Shown here: positions 48,182 through 57,895 of the stretch, piece by piece | How positions within the stretch are numbered: the stretch's first letter is position 1 | Layout of the letters: each line of letters opens with the position of its first letter | Translations under genes and position numbers: made by a program | Source: Candidatus Eiseniibacteriota bacterium | GTDB lineage: Bacteria; Orphanbacterota; Orphanbacteria; Orphanbacterales; Orphanbacteraceae | Length of the DNA stretch: 64,000 nucleotides | Direction of reading: 5' to 3' | Assembly: GCA_024276995.1 (NCBI GenBank) | Contig: JAJRWB010000041.1 | Coordinates: 91,015 to 155,014, forward strand | The notes under the pieces: generated by a model | What the model was told of the DNA's origin: nothing | Database searches by the model: none | The model's input: only the letters and a program-made list of their open reading frames with translations

Positions 48182-50215
48182 ATGCGAGAGAAACAACCAC
48201 TGCCGTTTTCGAGTGTGTTCGTCATCAACCTGCGAAGGTGCACCAAGCGGTGGGCATCGGCGAAAGGACAGCTCGAGCGAAGCGGCGTGAAAGAGGTCAC
48301 GCGGTGGGAGGCGTTTGATGGGGAAAAGCTGGACGATGTCGTCATCGGCCGGCTCCAGCGGGAAGGGGTTCTCTCCACCGACCTCGGCCACTTTTCCGAA
48401 AGTGCGCGAAAAGGGGAGATCGGGTGCGCCCTAAGCCATGCGGCGCTTCTCGAACATATTGCCGAGAAGAAGATCCCGCGGGCGCTCATCCTCGAGGACG
48501 ATTTCGAGATTCCCGGCCCCGTCGGCACGTGGTCCGACCGCATCGGCGCCGCCTTCGCCGACCTCCCGTCCGATTTCGATGTCTGGTTCCTTTTCCGTTG
48601 CTTCGACGTTCGAAGAAAAGCGAAGCGGATCACTCCGCGAACGGTTATACCGTTCACGCCGCTTTGCGCGACGGCCTACTGTGTCACGCCGCGGGGAGCG
48701 GGGAAACTCCTCCGCGCCGCGAAGCCTCTTCGCAAGGCGATCGACCGAACATATGTGGAAGACATGGTCCGCAAAAGGCGGGCGGTGGTTTTCGCGGCGA
48801 GTCCTCCCCTCGTGCTTCCGGGCGGCCACCGGTCGATTATCAACGCGGAAAACACGGACAAGGCATGGATCGACGGCGGTGTCAACCGCCCGCCCGAGTA
48901 CTGGCCCGACCACTTCAAGGAAGGGAAGAACCCGTTCGCGAGGTTCGTCTATCTCACGGCGCCGTGGGTAGGGCGCCTCTCCCGAAAACGTATCGTCTCG
49001 AGGGAAGATCCGCCTCTGCGCCCGATGACGCCGAAACGGGCGGCAAAAGATGACGCGCCGAAAACCGGACATGTTCCCCGCTCTTCGTACGAGCGCCCGC
49101 CGATCACGTTCTGCATGATCAACCGCAATGGGGAACAGCATTTTCCCATGACCCTCCCGGCGTTGGGGGAAGCGATCTCACCGTCGGACGAACTCCTTCT
49201 TGTGGACAACGCCTCCACCGATCGAAGCGCGGAGATCTTCCGAAGCGAGTTCCCGCGGGCGAAGGTGATATCTCTTCCCTCGAACGGCGGCCCCGCCGCG
49301 GCGCGCAACGCCGGCTTCCGCGCCGCGGCGAACGACGGGATTCTCTTCCTCGACAACGATATCGCCCTGCGGCCCGGAACGGCGGACCGTCTGCATCGGA
49401 GTCTCCACGGTGACCGGCATGTTCTCCTCACCCTGCCCAGGGTGCTGTACGCCTCTTCGCCCGATACGATTCACTTCGACGGCGCGGACAGCCACTTCCT
49501 CGGCCACATGATTACGCGCAACACCGACTGTGAAGTCTCCACCATCCCGGCAAGGACTCTACCGGTCGGTTCGATGGTCAGCGCGTGCTTTTACATCGAT
49601 CGGAGCCGGTGGAACGGGGGCGAACCGTTCGACGAGACATTTATCTTCAACTATGAAGATCACGATTTCGGGATGCGCGCCCGCGCCATGGGCTGGACGA
49701 TCTTGTGCGTTCCTTCCGCCGCGGTGCTTCACGGCGATGGAACGCCCGGACTCTCCTTCCGAAGGGGACGGCCCTACCCCTCCCGCCGCGTCCCCCATCT
49801 CCTCCAAGGGCGGTGGAAGGTGATCCTGAAGAACTACGAAACCCGCTCCCTGGTGCTTCTCTTTCCGGCCCTTCTTCTTTACGAGGCGATTCTCCTTTTC
49901 GGCTCGGTCATGAAGGGATGGTCCGGTGTATGGTGGTCCTCGATCCGGTCGGTGGCCGAGGGGAGGGGCCGGATCTCCAATCAGCGTTCGGCGCTGAGGT
50001 CGATGCGCCGCGCCGGTGATGGAACGATTCTTCGTAACGGACACATTCCGCTCACGAAAACGATCGCCCGGTCTCCGGTCACCGCCTGGATGAAACCATT
50101 GATCGATCTGGGGTTCTTCCTGTATGGGTCGGCGTTCCTCAGCTTCCTGAGCCGGCGGAGGGAAGAGGGAAGCTCGGGCGCCGGTCGGTGGTCTGTTCGG
50201 AAGGAGAGGACTTGA
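48182..50215 (+). CDS. bifunctional glycosyltransferase (N-terminal GT25 LPS-glycosyltransferase domain + GT2 domain)
   Basis: GT25-like N-terminus (VFVINLRRCTKRW...GEIGCALSHAALLEH...ILEDDFE); GT2 region (FCMINRNGEQ...LLVDNASTD...FLDNDIAL...YEDHDFGMRA). Confidence 0.7.
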   Translation: MREKQPLPFSSVFVINLRRCTKRWASAKGQLERSGVKEVTRWEAFDGEKLDDVVIGRLQREGVLSTDLGHFSESARKGEIGCALSHAALLEHIAEKKIPRALILEDDFEIPGPVGTWSDRIGAAFADLPSDFDVWFLFRCFDVRRKAKRITPRTVIPFTPLCATAYCVTPRGAGKLLRAAKPLRKAIDRTYVEDMVRKRRAVVFAASPPLVLPGGHRSIINAENTDKAWIDGGVNRPPEYWPDHFKEGKNPFARFVYLTAPWVGRLSRKRIVSREDPPLRPMTPKRAAKDDAPKTGHVPRSSYERPPITFCMINRNGEQHFPMTLPALGEAISPSDELLLVDNASTDRSAEIFRSEFPRAKVISLPSNGGPAAARNAGFRAAANDGILFLDNDIALRPGTADRLHRSLHGDRHVLLTLPRVLYASSPDTIHFDGADSHFLGHMITRNTDCEVSTIPARTLPVGSMVSACFYIDRSRWNGGEPFDETFIFNYEDHDFGMRARAMGWTILCVPSAAVLHGDGTPGLSFRRGRPYPSRRVPHLLQGRWKVILKNYETRSLVLLFPALLLYEAILLFGSVMKGWSGVWWSSIRSVAEGRGRISNQRSALRSMRRAGDGTILRNGHIPLTKTIARSPVTAWMKPLIDLGFFLYGSAFLSFLSRRREEGSSGAGRWSVRKERT

Positions 50216-51034
50216 ATGTCCGGTCCGACGACAGTAAACGGTTCAAGAGAAACCTTCCGGAGCGGCACCGCCCGGATCTGGCGGTACCGGGCTTTCCTGG
50301 TGCACCTTGTGGTCCGGAATATCCGCGTCAAGTACCGCGCCTCCATACTCGGCTTCGGGTGGACCCTCCTGAATCCGATCATCATGCTCTCGATCCTGCT
50401 CGCCGTGTTCACTCACATTATCAAGATCCCGATCGAACATTACTGGGCGTTTCTTGTGAGCGGGTTTTTCGCATGGAATTACATCAATCAGACGTTGAAT
50501 CATGCCGCGCAGGTGCTCGAAGAACATGACGGTCTGGTTCGGAACTACCCTTTCCCGACGGAAATCACCGTGTACAGCGGAGCGATCTCGAAGCTGGTGG
50601 AGTTCTCCATCGAGATCGTTCTCGTGACGACCGTGCTCCTCCTTTTTCATCACAAGTCGATTCCCCTCCCGTTCGTCCTTCTCCCGGTGTTGATCGCCCT
50701 TCAACTCATGCTCGTTATCGGACTGAGTCTGGTCGTCGCCGTCGTCTCCGTATATTATGAGGACGTAAAGCATATGCTCCCACTCCTTCTCATGGCGCTC
50801 TTCTACGTCTCCCCGGTGTTCTACACCGTCGATCTGGTGCCCGAATCGGTCCGAACCGTTTTCCTTCTCAATCCGGTCGCCCAGCTCCTGGTCTGCTACC
50901 AGTCGGTGCTCTACCACGGGACGATGCCCTCCATCGAGTCGCTGGCGGCGCTTACGCTCTCGTCCGTGGTTTTCTTCATCGTGGGTGCGGCGGTCTACAG
51001 GAAGCACGGAGGTCTCGTTGCCGAAATCGTCTAG
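50216..51034 (+). CDS. wzm: ABC-2 type polysaccharide/O-antigen export permease
   Basis: 6-TM ABC-2 family profile (RNIRVKYRASILGFGWTLLNPIIM...). Confidence 0.8.
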   Translation: MSGPTTVNGSRETFRSGTARIWRYRAFLVHLVVRNIRVKYRASILGFGWTLLNPIIMLSILLAVFTHIIKIPIEHYWAFLVSGFFAWNYINQTLNHAAQVLEEHDGLVRNYPFPTEITVYSGAISKLVEFSIEIVLVTTVLLLFHHKSIPLPFVLLPVLIALQLMLVIGLSLVVAVVSVYYEDVKHMLPLLLMALFYVSPVFYTVDLVPESVRTVFLLNPVAQLLVCYQSVLYHGTMPSIESLAALTLSSVVFFIVGAAVYRKHGGLVAEIV

Positions 51035-51779
51035 AACCGAACCGGAAGATGCGATTCTCCTCGATGGCGTGTCGAAGTCGTTCCATTACTCTTCTCATCG
51101 GGACGGTTCGGTTCGGGAGTGGTTCATTCGAAAGCTCACGGGCCGCCCAAGCCGGGCGACGTACGAGTTCTTCCGGATGTCGGGCATCGATCTTCGAATT
51201 GCGCGCGGGGAATCGGTGGCGCTTCTGGGCGACAACGGGTCGGGGAAAAGCTCACTCCTAAGGATCATCGCGGGGATCTACACGCCCACTTCGGGGCGTG
51301 TCGAGCGTTACGGCCGCCTCGCCACGGTGCTCGAGCTGGGGGCTGGCTTCCACTCGGCGCTCTCGGGGATCGAGAACATCGGACTGAGCGCGTCGGTCAT
51401 GGGAATGAGGCACCGGGAGATCGAAGAAAGCATTCCCGACATTCTCGCGTTCGCCGAGCTGGGCGACTCGATCCGCGTCCCCCTCAAGTATTACTCCACC
51501 GGGATGCGGGCAAGACTCGCCTTCGCCATCGCCATGGCGGTTCAGCCGGACATACTCCTTCTCGACGAAGTCCTCGCCGTGGGCGACCAGGCATTTCAGA
51601 AGAAGTGTATCGGGCGGATACGAGGAATCCAGGCGGACGGGGCGACGCTCGTCTATGTTTCCCACGATCTCGAGTCGGCGGCGAAGCTCTGCGATCGTGC
51701 GATCTTGATGCGGGAGGGGAGAATCGTGGAGGACGGACCGACGGGAAGGGTGCTGCAGGCGTACGAAATCGGGCGATAG
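50985..51779 (+). CDS. wzt: ABC transporter ATP-binding protein for polysaccharide export (Wzt/TagH-like)
   Basis: Walker A GDNGSGKSSLL, signature YSTGMRARL, Walker B ILLLDEVLAVGD; true start probably a few codons downstream of 50985 (50-nt overlap with wzm). Confidence 0.8.
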   Translation: MRRSTGSTEVSLPKSSRTEPEDAILLDGVSKSFHYSSHRDGSVREWFIRKLTGRPSRATYEFFRMSGIDLRIARGESVALLGDNGSGKSSLLRIIAGIYTPTSGRVERYGRLATVLELGAGFHSALSGIENIGLSASVMGMRHREIEESIPDILAFAELGDSIRVPLKYYSTGMRARLAFAIAMAVQPDILLLDEVLAVGDQAFQKKCIGRIRGIQADGATLVYVSHDLESAAKLCDRAILMREGRIVEDGPTGRVLQAYEIGR

Positions 51780-51832
51780 CGTTTCACGGCCCCCGCCCCT
51801 GCCGTTCCCGATGCGACGTCGATCCCTCCCGG

Positions 51833-52951
51833 TCAGCGTTTCCCGTCACGTTCCTCCCGCAATCCGGTGTCGGCATGAGCTTTCAGGTCTCTCAGCGTCT
51901 GCGTCCATACCTCCCGATTGATTCCGAGTATTGCGGAAAGGTGCATCTGATTCCCCATCCGTTCCAATCGCCCGACGACTTCCGCCAATTCCTCCGCGGG
52001 AAGAGCATACACGCTGCACACCGCCGGTTCGGTCACCGTATTCACGAACACCCTTGATCGGAGGTTCTCCGCGAACAGGAGGAGATCGGGGAATTCGAAC
52101 CAAGTCTGCACCATGAGACAATACGCGAACGAGAGGCTCGTCCCTTTCCGATCGGTGTAGCTCTTGAACCGACGGATATTCTCCATTAGCCTCGCATGGC
52201 GCGAATGGAGGCGTACTTGCCCGAGCACTTCCGGGGAAACGGCGTCGAGTGAGATCACGATATCGGCCGCCATCGCCTCGAGCGCGGCCTCGACCTTCCC
52301 GTTGAAGATCGACCCATTCGTTGTGATCCGAACGCGGGTTCGTCCGGAGTCTCCGCCCCTGCCGAGGTTCTGCCACACACGGTAGTTCTCCGGCGAGAGA
52401 AACGGTTCGCCTCCGAAGAAATGCGCCCACCGCAGGCCGGGAAGGTACTTCTCCAAGTCGCTCATGAACCGGTCGCCGTACGGTTTTTCGAGAGGGGGGA
52501 GTTTTTCCCGGCGCCGCCGGATACGCGATGAGTTGAAACCGTCGCACATGATGCACTCGAAGTTGCACGCATTGCTCATAGAGAATTCCATGGCGACGGG
52601 CTTACGGGAATCTCGACTCCGGGGGATGAACTCATCGAACACAGTGGCGAACGCCCCTTGCGGATCGCCCCCTTCGATCTGCCAGCGGCAGAAATCGCAT
52701 TCAACGGGAAAATCATATCTCGCGAGGGAATCGCGAAGTCTCCGGTTTTCCCTCCCGTTCCAAATCGCTTCGAGGTCGTCGGTCGCCACGTTGCCCAGGG
52801 TGAAGCCGTTTCGAAGAGTTTGGCAGCAGGGCGTGACGTCGCCGGTGGGCCAGAAATAGAGCGATGTGAACGGTGCGTAACATGCCGACCGGAAGGGGTG
52901 ATCGGCGATCTTGCGGCTCTTGTCGTATTCTCTCCGCGTGGATTCTCTCAA
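51833..52951 (-). CDS. radical SAM enzyme with SPASM/twitch-like Cys motif located N-terminal to the radical SAM core
   Basis: Core CNFECIMC (CxxxCxxC), GGEPFL, ITTNG. N-terminal 110 aa contain YAPF...GDVTPCCQ...LGNV...IWNG...CDFC, resembling the SPASM auxiliary-cluster region that is normally C-terminal. Confidence 0.7.
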   Translation of the reverse strand: MRESTRREYDKSRKIADHPFRSACYAPFTSLYFWPTGDVTPCCQTLRNGFTLGNVATDDLEAIWNGRENRRLRDSLARYDFPVECDFCRWQIEGGDPQGAFATVFDEFIPRSRDSRKPVAMEFSMSNACNFECIMCDGFNSSRIRRRREKLPPLEKPYGDRFMSDLEKYLPGLRWAHFFGGEPFLSPENYRVWQNLGRGGDSGRTRVRITTNGSIFNGKVEAALEAMAADIVISLDAVSPEVLGQVRLHSRHARLMENIRRFKSYTDRKGTSLSFAYCLMVQTWFEFPDLLLFAENLRSRVFVNTVTEPAVCSVYALPAEELAEVVGRLERMGNQMHLSAILGINREVWTQTLRDLKAHADTGLREERDGKR

Positions 52952-53097
52952 GGCGCGATCCCCGGCGTTTTCGACCCGCTGCGGAGCTGATCGTACACGG
53001 GCACCGCCCCGCCGACAAAAAAAATCGCCGCCCCGGCGATAATGCTTCTCTGTTCCCGTTTGACTTCCCTTTTCACCGGCGGCTAAGGTGAATCTTC

Positions 53098-54096
53098 ATG
53101 AGATGTATCTGGCTGGCATGGGAAAGGCACCGTCGAAGCGCGGAGCTGGCGCGCGCATTCGGCGCCGAGTACCGCCCGATCGATTTCGCGTCGCTGCCGA
53201 GGCTGCTCCGGTACGTCGCATGCACCGCGGTGACGTTCGCCGCGCTCCTATCGCGCCCGAAGCCGCGCATCGTATTCGTACAATCCCCTTCGATCTTCCT
53301 CGCCTTTCTCGCCGCGCTGATGAAACCGCTTCTCGGCTATGTCCTTATCATCGATGCCCACAACGCCGTGCCGAATTACCATCGCTCGGGGAAGCGGTTT
53401 CTCGAAGGGGTCGTTCGTTTCTCAACGAGGCGCGCCGACCTTGTGATCGTGAGCAATGATACTCTCGCACCTCCGATCCGGGCGATGGGGGGAGAGCCGG
53501 CGGTGCTTCCCGACCGTCTCCCGTCGATCGACGCCGCGCCGATGCCGGAACGGTTGCGCCGGGGCGCCCTGCCTGTGGTCACGCTGATCAGCACGTTCAA
53601 CTGGGACGAACCGATCGCGACGTTCATCGAAGGGGCGCAAGCGGCGAAAAGCGATTTTATTCTCTATGTTACAGGCCGGCGCGAAAAGGCGGGCGATCTC
53701 CTCCGGTTCGAGTCGGAGAGGGTCTTGTTCACCGGCTTTCTCCCCGACCGGCTCTTCGAGGGATTGATCGGGAATTCCGACTTGATCGCCGATCTGACCA
53801 CCGACGAAAGCGTGCTCGTTTGCGGGGCGTACGAAGCGGTGGCCGTGGGCGTGCCGCTCCTCCTCGTCGACGCGTCGCCGGCGCGGCGCCTCTTCACGGC
53901 GGGCACGCTCTTCGCCGAGAACAGCGTGGGAGGGTATCGTGATGCACTCGACCGCTTCTTCGCCGACCGCGGCCGGTATGCCGCCGAGATGAAGTCATTC
54001 GCCCCCCGTTTCGAACAGGAGTGGGCCCGTGCGTTCCGGTTGGTAGACGACCAGGTTCGCAATGCTTCCGGCGGCAAGGGGTGCGGCGATGCATGA
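53098..54096 (+). CDS. putative glycosyltransferase (GT-B fold, GT4-like)
   Basis: Weak GT-B features (LLLVDASPARRLF..., FTGFLPDRLFEGLIGNSDL); sits in the glycan cluster. Confidence 0.4.
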   Translation: MRCIWLAWERHRRSAELARAFGAEYRPIDFASLPRLLRYVACTAVTFAALLSRPKPRIVFVQSPSIFLAFLAALMKPLLGYVLIIDAHNAVPNYHRSGKRFLEGVVRFSTRRADLVIVSNDTLAPPIRAMGGEPAVLPDRLPSIDAAPMPERLRRGALPVVTLISTFNWDEPIATFIEGAQAAKSDFILYVTGRREKAGDLLRFESERVLFTGFLPDRLFEGLIGNSDLIADLTTDESVLVCGAYEAVAVGVPLLLVDASPARRLFTAGTLFAENSVGGYRDALDRFFADRGRYAAEMKSFAPRFEQEWARAFRLVDDQVRNASGGKGCGDA

Positions 54097-55420
54097 ACTT
54101 CTCGGATGGGCGATCTACCGCGCCGCCGCGGCGATCCGTGGGGAGCGGACGTTCCGTTATCTCGCCGAATATGTCCGAACCGAGCGCCGTCCGGCGGCGG
54201 AGACCGCGGCGTGGCAGCGGGAGAAGCTCACCGCACTAGTGGAGTACGCGGCGAAGGAGATCCCCTTCTACCGCGATCTCGGAGCACGCGAGTTCGCCGA
54301 CCTACCGGTGATCGAGAAGCGGATGCTGAAGGACGCGCCCGAGCGGTTCGTAAGTCGAGCGGCCGCCGGGCGGCTCACGGTGAAGGTGACGTCCGGTTCG
54401 ACGAGCGAGCCGACGAGAATCGTGAAGGACGCCGAGTCGATGGCGCGCGAACAGGCGGCGAGCTATCGCGCGTACCGCTGGACGGGCATCGCGCCCGGCG
54501 CGCGGCAGGCGCGTTTCTGGGGTGTGCCCCTTACGGCGAAGGAGCGACGGAAGCACCGGCTCCGCGACGCGCTGCTGAACCGTGTTCGGCTGAGCGCCTT
54601 CAACTATACCGATCGGTCGTTCGAAGAGTACCTCCGTGCGCTGCGCCGCTGGAAGCCGGCGTACCTTTACGGCTACACGTCGGTGATCCACGAGTTCGCC
54701 CGTTATCTCGCCGCAAGCGGTGCGGAAAAGATCCCGCTTCCCGGCCTTCGCTCGGTGATCACTACCGCGGAGATCCTCACACCCCGGATGCGCGAGGAAA
54801 TCGTCGCCGGCCTCGGCGCTCCGGTGTTTGACGAATACGGCTGTGCCGAAACGGGGTCGATCGCTCACGACTGCGAGGAGGGAAGCCTCCACATCAACGC
54901 CGAGAATCTCTTCGTCGAAGTGCTCGGCGACGACGGCGTGATCCGCCCGGCGGGGGAGGGGCGCCTTCTGTTGAGCGAGCTTCACAACCGCGCGCAGCCG
55001 CTCCTTCGCTACGACTCGGGCGACTACGGCGAGCTGACCGCCGAGCCGTGCCGGTGCGGAAGAACGCTCCCGGTGTTGAAGAACGTGCACGGCAGGGTAT
55101 ACGACACGGTGATCGGCCCGGAAGGGAGGCGCTACAACGCCGCGTTTTTCTCCTATATCTTCAAGGAAGCGCAGCATCGCGGCGAGACGATCCGCCAGTT
55201 CCAAGTGATCCAGAACGATCGGACGATCACCTTCCGCATCGTGAAGGGGAAGGATTTTACGCCTGCCGTGGAGGAACTCCTCGCCCGGCAGCTCGAGGCG
55301 GAATTCGGCGACTACTTCGCCGCCTGTTTCGAGTACCGCGAAAAGATCGAACGCGAACGATCGGGAAAGCTGAGGCAGCTGATCCGAATTTCACCGGCGG
55401 AGAGCGAATCTTCTTCTTGA
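54089..55420 (+). CDS. phenylacetate-CoA ligase family adenylate-forming enzyme (PaaK / CapK / F390-synthetase-like)
   Basis: TSGSTSEPT AMP-binding P-loop-like motif, YGCAETG; start at MHELLG (54089), 8 nt before the upstream gene's stop. Confidence 0.7.
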   Translation: MHELLGWAIYRAAAAIRGERTFRYLAEYVRTERRPAAETAAWQREKLTALVEYAAKEIPFYRDLGAREFADLPVIEKRMLKDAPERFVSRAAAGRLTVKVTSGSTSEPTRIVKDAESMAREQAASYRAYRWTGIAPGARQARFWGVPLTAKERRKHRLRDALLNRVRLSAFNYTDRSFEEYLRALRRWKPAYLYGYTSVIHEFARYLAASGAEKIPLPGLRSVITTAEILTPRMREEIVAGLGAPVFDEYGCAETGSIAHDCEEGSLHINAENLFVEVLGDDGVIRPAGEGRLLLSELHNRAQPLLRYDSGDYGELTAEPCRCGRTLPVLKNVHGRVYDTVIGPEGRRYNAAFFSYIFKEAQHRGETIRQFQVIQNDRTITFRIVKGKDFTPAVEELLARQLEAEFGDYFAACFEYREKIERERSGKLRQLIRISPAESESSS

Positions 55421-55488
55421 CCATACTCTCCCACGGGCTACTATATCCGCAGTTTATCCGGTCCGCCTGAAGGAGAGTCGGCGCGGTC

Positions 55489-55965
55489 ATGAAATACATT
55501 TGCAGCCTGGGCGTGGTGCTCATGGGGACTTGGCTTCTCTGGTCGGGGCACTTCGAGCCGCTCCTGATTTCACTCGGTGTCCTGTCCGTGGCGCTCGTGG
55601 TGGCGCTCACCCACAGGATGGATGTGATCGATCACGAAGGCGCGCCGGTGGACGTTTCATTCCGGCTTTTCTCGTATCTACCGTGGCTCGCCTGGCAGGT
55701 GATCATTGCCAACCTGCAGGTGGTCCGCGTCATCCTTTCGCCCTCCCTCCCGATCAACCCGCGCATGATCGACGTCAGGGCGACCCAGAAGCGGGAACTC
55801 GGCCACGTGATCTACGCGAACTCGATCACCATGACGCCGGGCACCGTGTCGGTGGAAGTGGGGGGGAATACGATTTCGGTACATGCCCTCACCGACGAGG
55901 CGGCGGAAGGCCTCGAAACGGGCGAAATGGACAGGCGCGTCACCCGCCTCGAGGGGATCCGCTGA
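55489..55965 (+). CDS. mrpE: Na+/H+ antiporter subunit E (MrpE/MnhE/MbhA-like)
   Basis: MnhE profile (WLLWSGHFEPLLISLGVLSVALV...). Confidence 0.75.
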   Translation: MKYICSLGVVLMGTWLLWSGHFEPLLISLGVLSVALVVALTHRMDVIDHEGAPVDVSFRLFSYLPWLAWQVIIANLQVVRVILSPSLPINPRMIDVRATQKRELGHVIYANSITMTPGTVSVEVGGNTISVHALTDEAAEGLETGEMDRRVTRLEGIR

Positions 55966-56255
55966 TGTTCGCCGCCGCCATGGCGGGCGTGCTCGTCACC
56001 ATGGCGCTCGCCCTCTTCCGCGCTTTCGCCGGGCCTTCGCTTTACGATCGTATTCTCGCGGTGAACTCTTTCGGCACGGCGACGGTGCTCTTCATCGCCG
56101 TCATCGGTTTTCTCACCGGCCGCCCCGAGTTTCTCGACCTCGGCCTCGTGTACGCGCTGCTCAATTTTATCGGCACCATCGCCGTGCTGAAGCTGATGCA
56201 GTACGGCAATCTCACCGGCAAGGATGCGGAAGGGGAAGGGGAGGGGGAGGCATGA
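55965..56255 (+). CDS. mrpF: Na+/H+ antiporter subunit F (MrpF/MnhF)
   Basis: 96 aa, 3 TM; ATG overlaps the mrpE stop (TGATG). Confidence 0.7.
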   Translation: MFAAAMAGVLVTMALALFRAFAGPSLYDRILAVNSFGTATVLFIAVIGFLTGRPEFLDLGLVYALLNFIGTIAVLKLMQYGNLTGKDAEGEGEGEA

Positions 56256-56584
56256 GCGGCGATGCCATCCTTGATCTGATGAGCTGGGTCGCGCTCGCGG
56301 CGGGGTCGGTGTTCTGCATCATCGGCGCGGTCGGATTGATCCGCATGCCCGACTTCTACTCGCGTATTCACGCCGGGGGGATCATCGACACCATGGGCGC
56401 CGGCCTCGTCCTTTTCGGACTCGTTCTCCATGCGGGGCTCACCCTCGTGGCGGTGAAGCTGATCCTCCTCTTTCTCTTTTCTCTCATTGCCGGGCCGACC
56501 GCCGTGCACGCGCTGGCGAAGGCGGCGTTTCACAGCGGCATGAAACCGCTGACCGGACCGGGAGGAAAAGACCGATCGAACTGA
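56252..56584 (+). CDS. mrpG: Na+/H+ antiporter subunit G (MrpG/MnhG)
   Basis: MnhG profile (LIRMPDFYSRIHAGGIIDTMG); ATGA overlap with mrpF. Confidence 0.75.
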   Translation: MSGDAILDLMSWVALAAGSVFCIIGAVGLIRMPDFYSRIHAGGIIDTMGAGLVLFGLVLHAGLTLVAVKLILLFLFSLIAGPTAVHALAKAAFHSGMKPLTGPGGKDRSN

Positions 56585-56607
56585 TAATCGACATCTCCAT
56601 CCTCGCC

Positions 56608-57120
56608 ATGCTCGTCGGTACGGGAATCACGATCATCAGGCAGCAGAACCTGCTTGCCGCGTCGATGCTCTCCGGGATCTACAGTCTCCTTTCGGCGTGC
56701 TGGATGGTGGAACTCGACGCGGTGGACGTGGCGTTCACCGAGGCCTCCGTCGGGGCCGGCATCTCGACGGTGCTCATGCTCGCCACGCTCGCCCTCACGA
56801 CGCGTTCGGAAAAGAAACCGGTCCACAAGTCGTTCCTCCCCCTGTTCGTCGTGCTCGCCACCGGCGCCGCGCTCATCTACGGCACTCTCGGCGCGCCGCC
56901 GTACGGCGATCCGGCAAACGTCGTGCATCACCACGTGGCGCCCCGCTACGTGAACGATTCGTACGACGAAACGGGAATCCCGAACATCGTCACTTCGGTG
57001 CTGGCGAGTTACCGCGGCTACGACACCCTCGGGGAGACATCGGTTGTGTTCACCGCCGGCGTGGGCGTTCTCCTGCTGCTGAAACGGGGAAAGCGCTCGA
57101 AGCGGGAGGAGAAGAAGTGA
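56608..57120 (+). CDS. DUF4040 / MnhB-N-like membrane protein (equivalent to the split C-terminal domain of MrpA; MbhD/E-like)
   Basis: AVDVAFTEASVGAGISTVLML motif typical of MrpA C-terminal / MnhB-related domains. Confidence 0.6.
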   Translation: MLVGTGITIIRQQNLLAASMLSGIYSLLSACWMVELDAVDVAFTEASVGAGISTVLMLATLALTTRSEKKPVHKSFLPLFVVLATGAALIYGTLGAPPYGDPANVVHHHVAPRYVNDSYDETGIPNIVTSVLASYRGYDTLGETSVVFTAGVGVLLLLKRGKRSKREEKK

Positions 57121-57536
57121 GGGAGCACAGCATCGTACGGGTCGTGTCGAAGATCCTTCTCCCGTATATTCTCCTCTTCGCACTGTACGTGCAGCTTCAC
57201 GGCGACTATGGGCCGGGAGGGGGTTTCCAGGCGGGAGTGATCTTCGGCGCCGGCTGCATTCTCTATGCCCTCGTATTCGGCGTGAACAAGGCGCGCCGCG
57301 TCGCGCCCTCGTCGGTGGTCAGTTCGATCATGGCGATCGGCCTGATGCTCTACGCCGGCGTCGGCGTCGTCTGTCTCTTCAAGGGGGGCAATTTCCTCGA
57401 TTACAACGTGCTCCGCCACGATCCCCACCACGCCCAGGAACTCGGTGTAGCCCTCATCGAACTCGGCGTGGGGATGACCGTGGCGGCGGTGATGTTCACC
57501 ATTTTCATGACCTACGCGGAGCGGGCAAAGAAGTGA
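57117..57536 (+). CDS. mrpB: Na+/H+ antiporter subunit B (MrpB/MnhB)
   Basis: GTG start overlapping upstream stop (GTGA); LYVQLHGDYGPGGGFQAGVI canonical MnhB motif. Confidence 0.75.
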   Translation: MREHSIVRVVSKILLPYILLFALYVQLHGDYGPGGGFQAGVIFGAGCILYALVFGVNKARRVAPSSVVSSIMAIGLMLYAGVGVVCLFKGGNFLDYNVLRHDPHHAQELGVALIELGVGMTVAAVMFTIFMTYAERAKK

Positions 57537-57895
57537 GCCATCTCTTCTCTCATTATAATTATTGGATCGTCATTGTTCTGATGATGACCGGCTTCTACAC
57601 CGTGATCTCCAGGGGGAACATGGTGAAGAAACTGATCGGTCTGAATATATTTCAGACATCGGTGTTTCTCCTCTTTATCACCATGGGAAAGATCAAGGGA
57701 GGAACGGCACCGATCGTCATGGCGGGGAAGGAGGATGTGGTCTACTCCAACCCGATTCCCCACGTGCTGATTCTCACGGCGATCGTCGTCGGCGTGTCCA
57801 CCACCGCTCTCGGGCTCGCCCTCGTGGTGCGCATCAAGGAAGCGTATGGCACCGTGGAGGAAGACGAAGTGCAGGCGGAGGATATCCGGCGGTGA
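57533..57895 (+). CDS. mrpC: Na+/H+ antiporter subunit C (MrpC/MnhC, NuoK-like)
   Basis: GTGA-coupled start; NuoK-like 3-TM protein (LIGLNIFQTSVFLLFI). Confidence 0.75.
   Translation: MSHLFSHYNYWIVIVLMMTGFYTVISRGNMVKKLIGLNIFQTSVFLLFITMGKIKGGTAPIVMAGKEDVVYSNPIPHVLILTAIVVGVSTTALGLALVVRIKEAYGTVEEDEVQAEDIRR

Noticed and set aside
53017-53040. A8 tract followed by short hairpin ATCGCC-gcccc-GGCGAT (reads as hairpin+T8 on the minus strand)
   Set aside because: It sits upstream (5') of the minus-strand radical SAM gene and before a plus-strand gene, so it cannot terminate either; the stem is only 6 bp. Possibly a decayed or bidirectional terminator; not called.
56221-56250. GAAGGGGAAGGGGAGGGGGAGG purine-rich repeat
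   Set aside because: It encodes the GEGEGEA acidic tail of MrpF and doubles as the SD for mrpG; not an independent repeat element.
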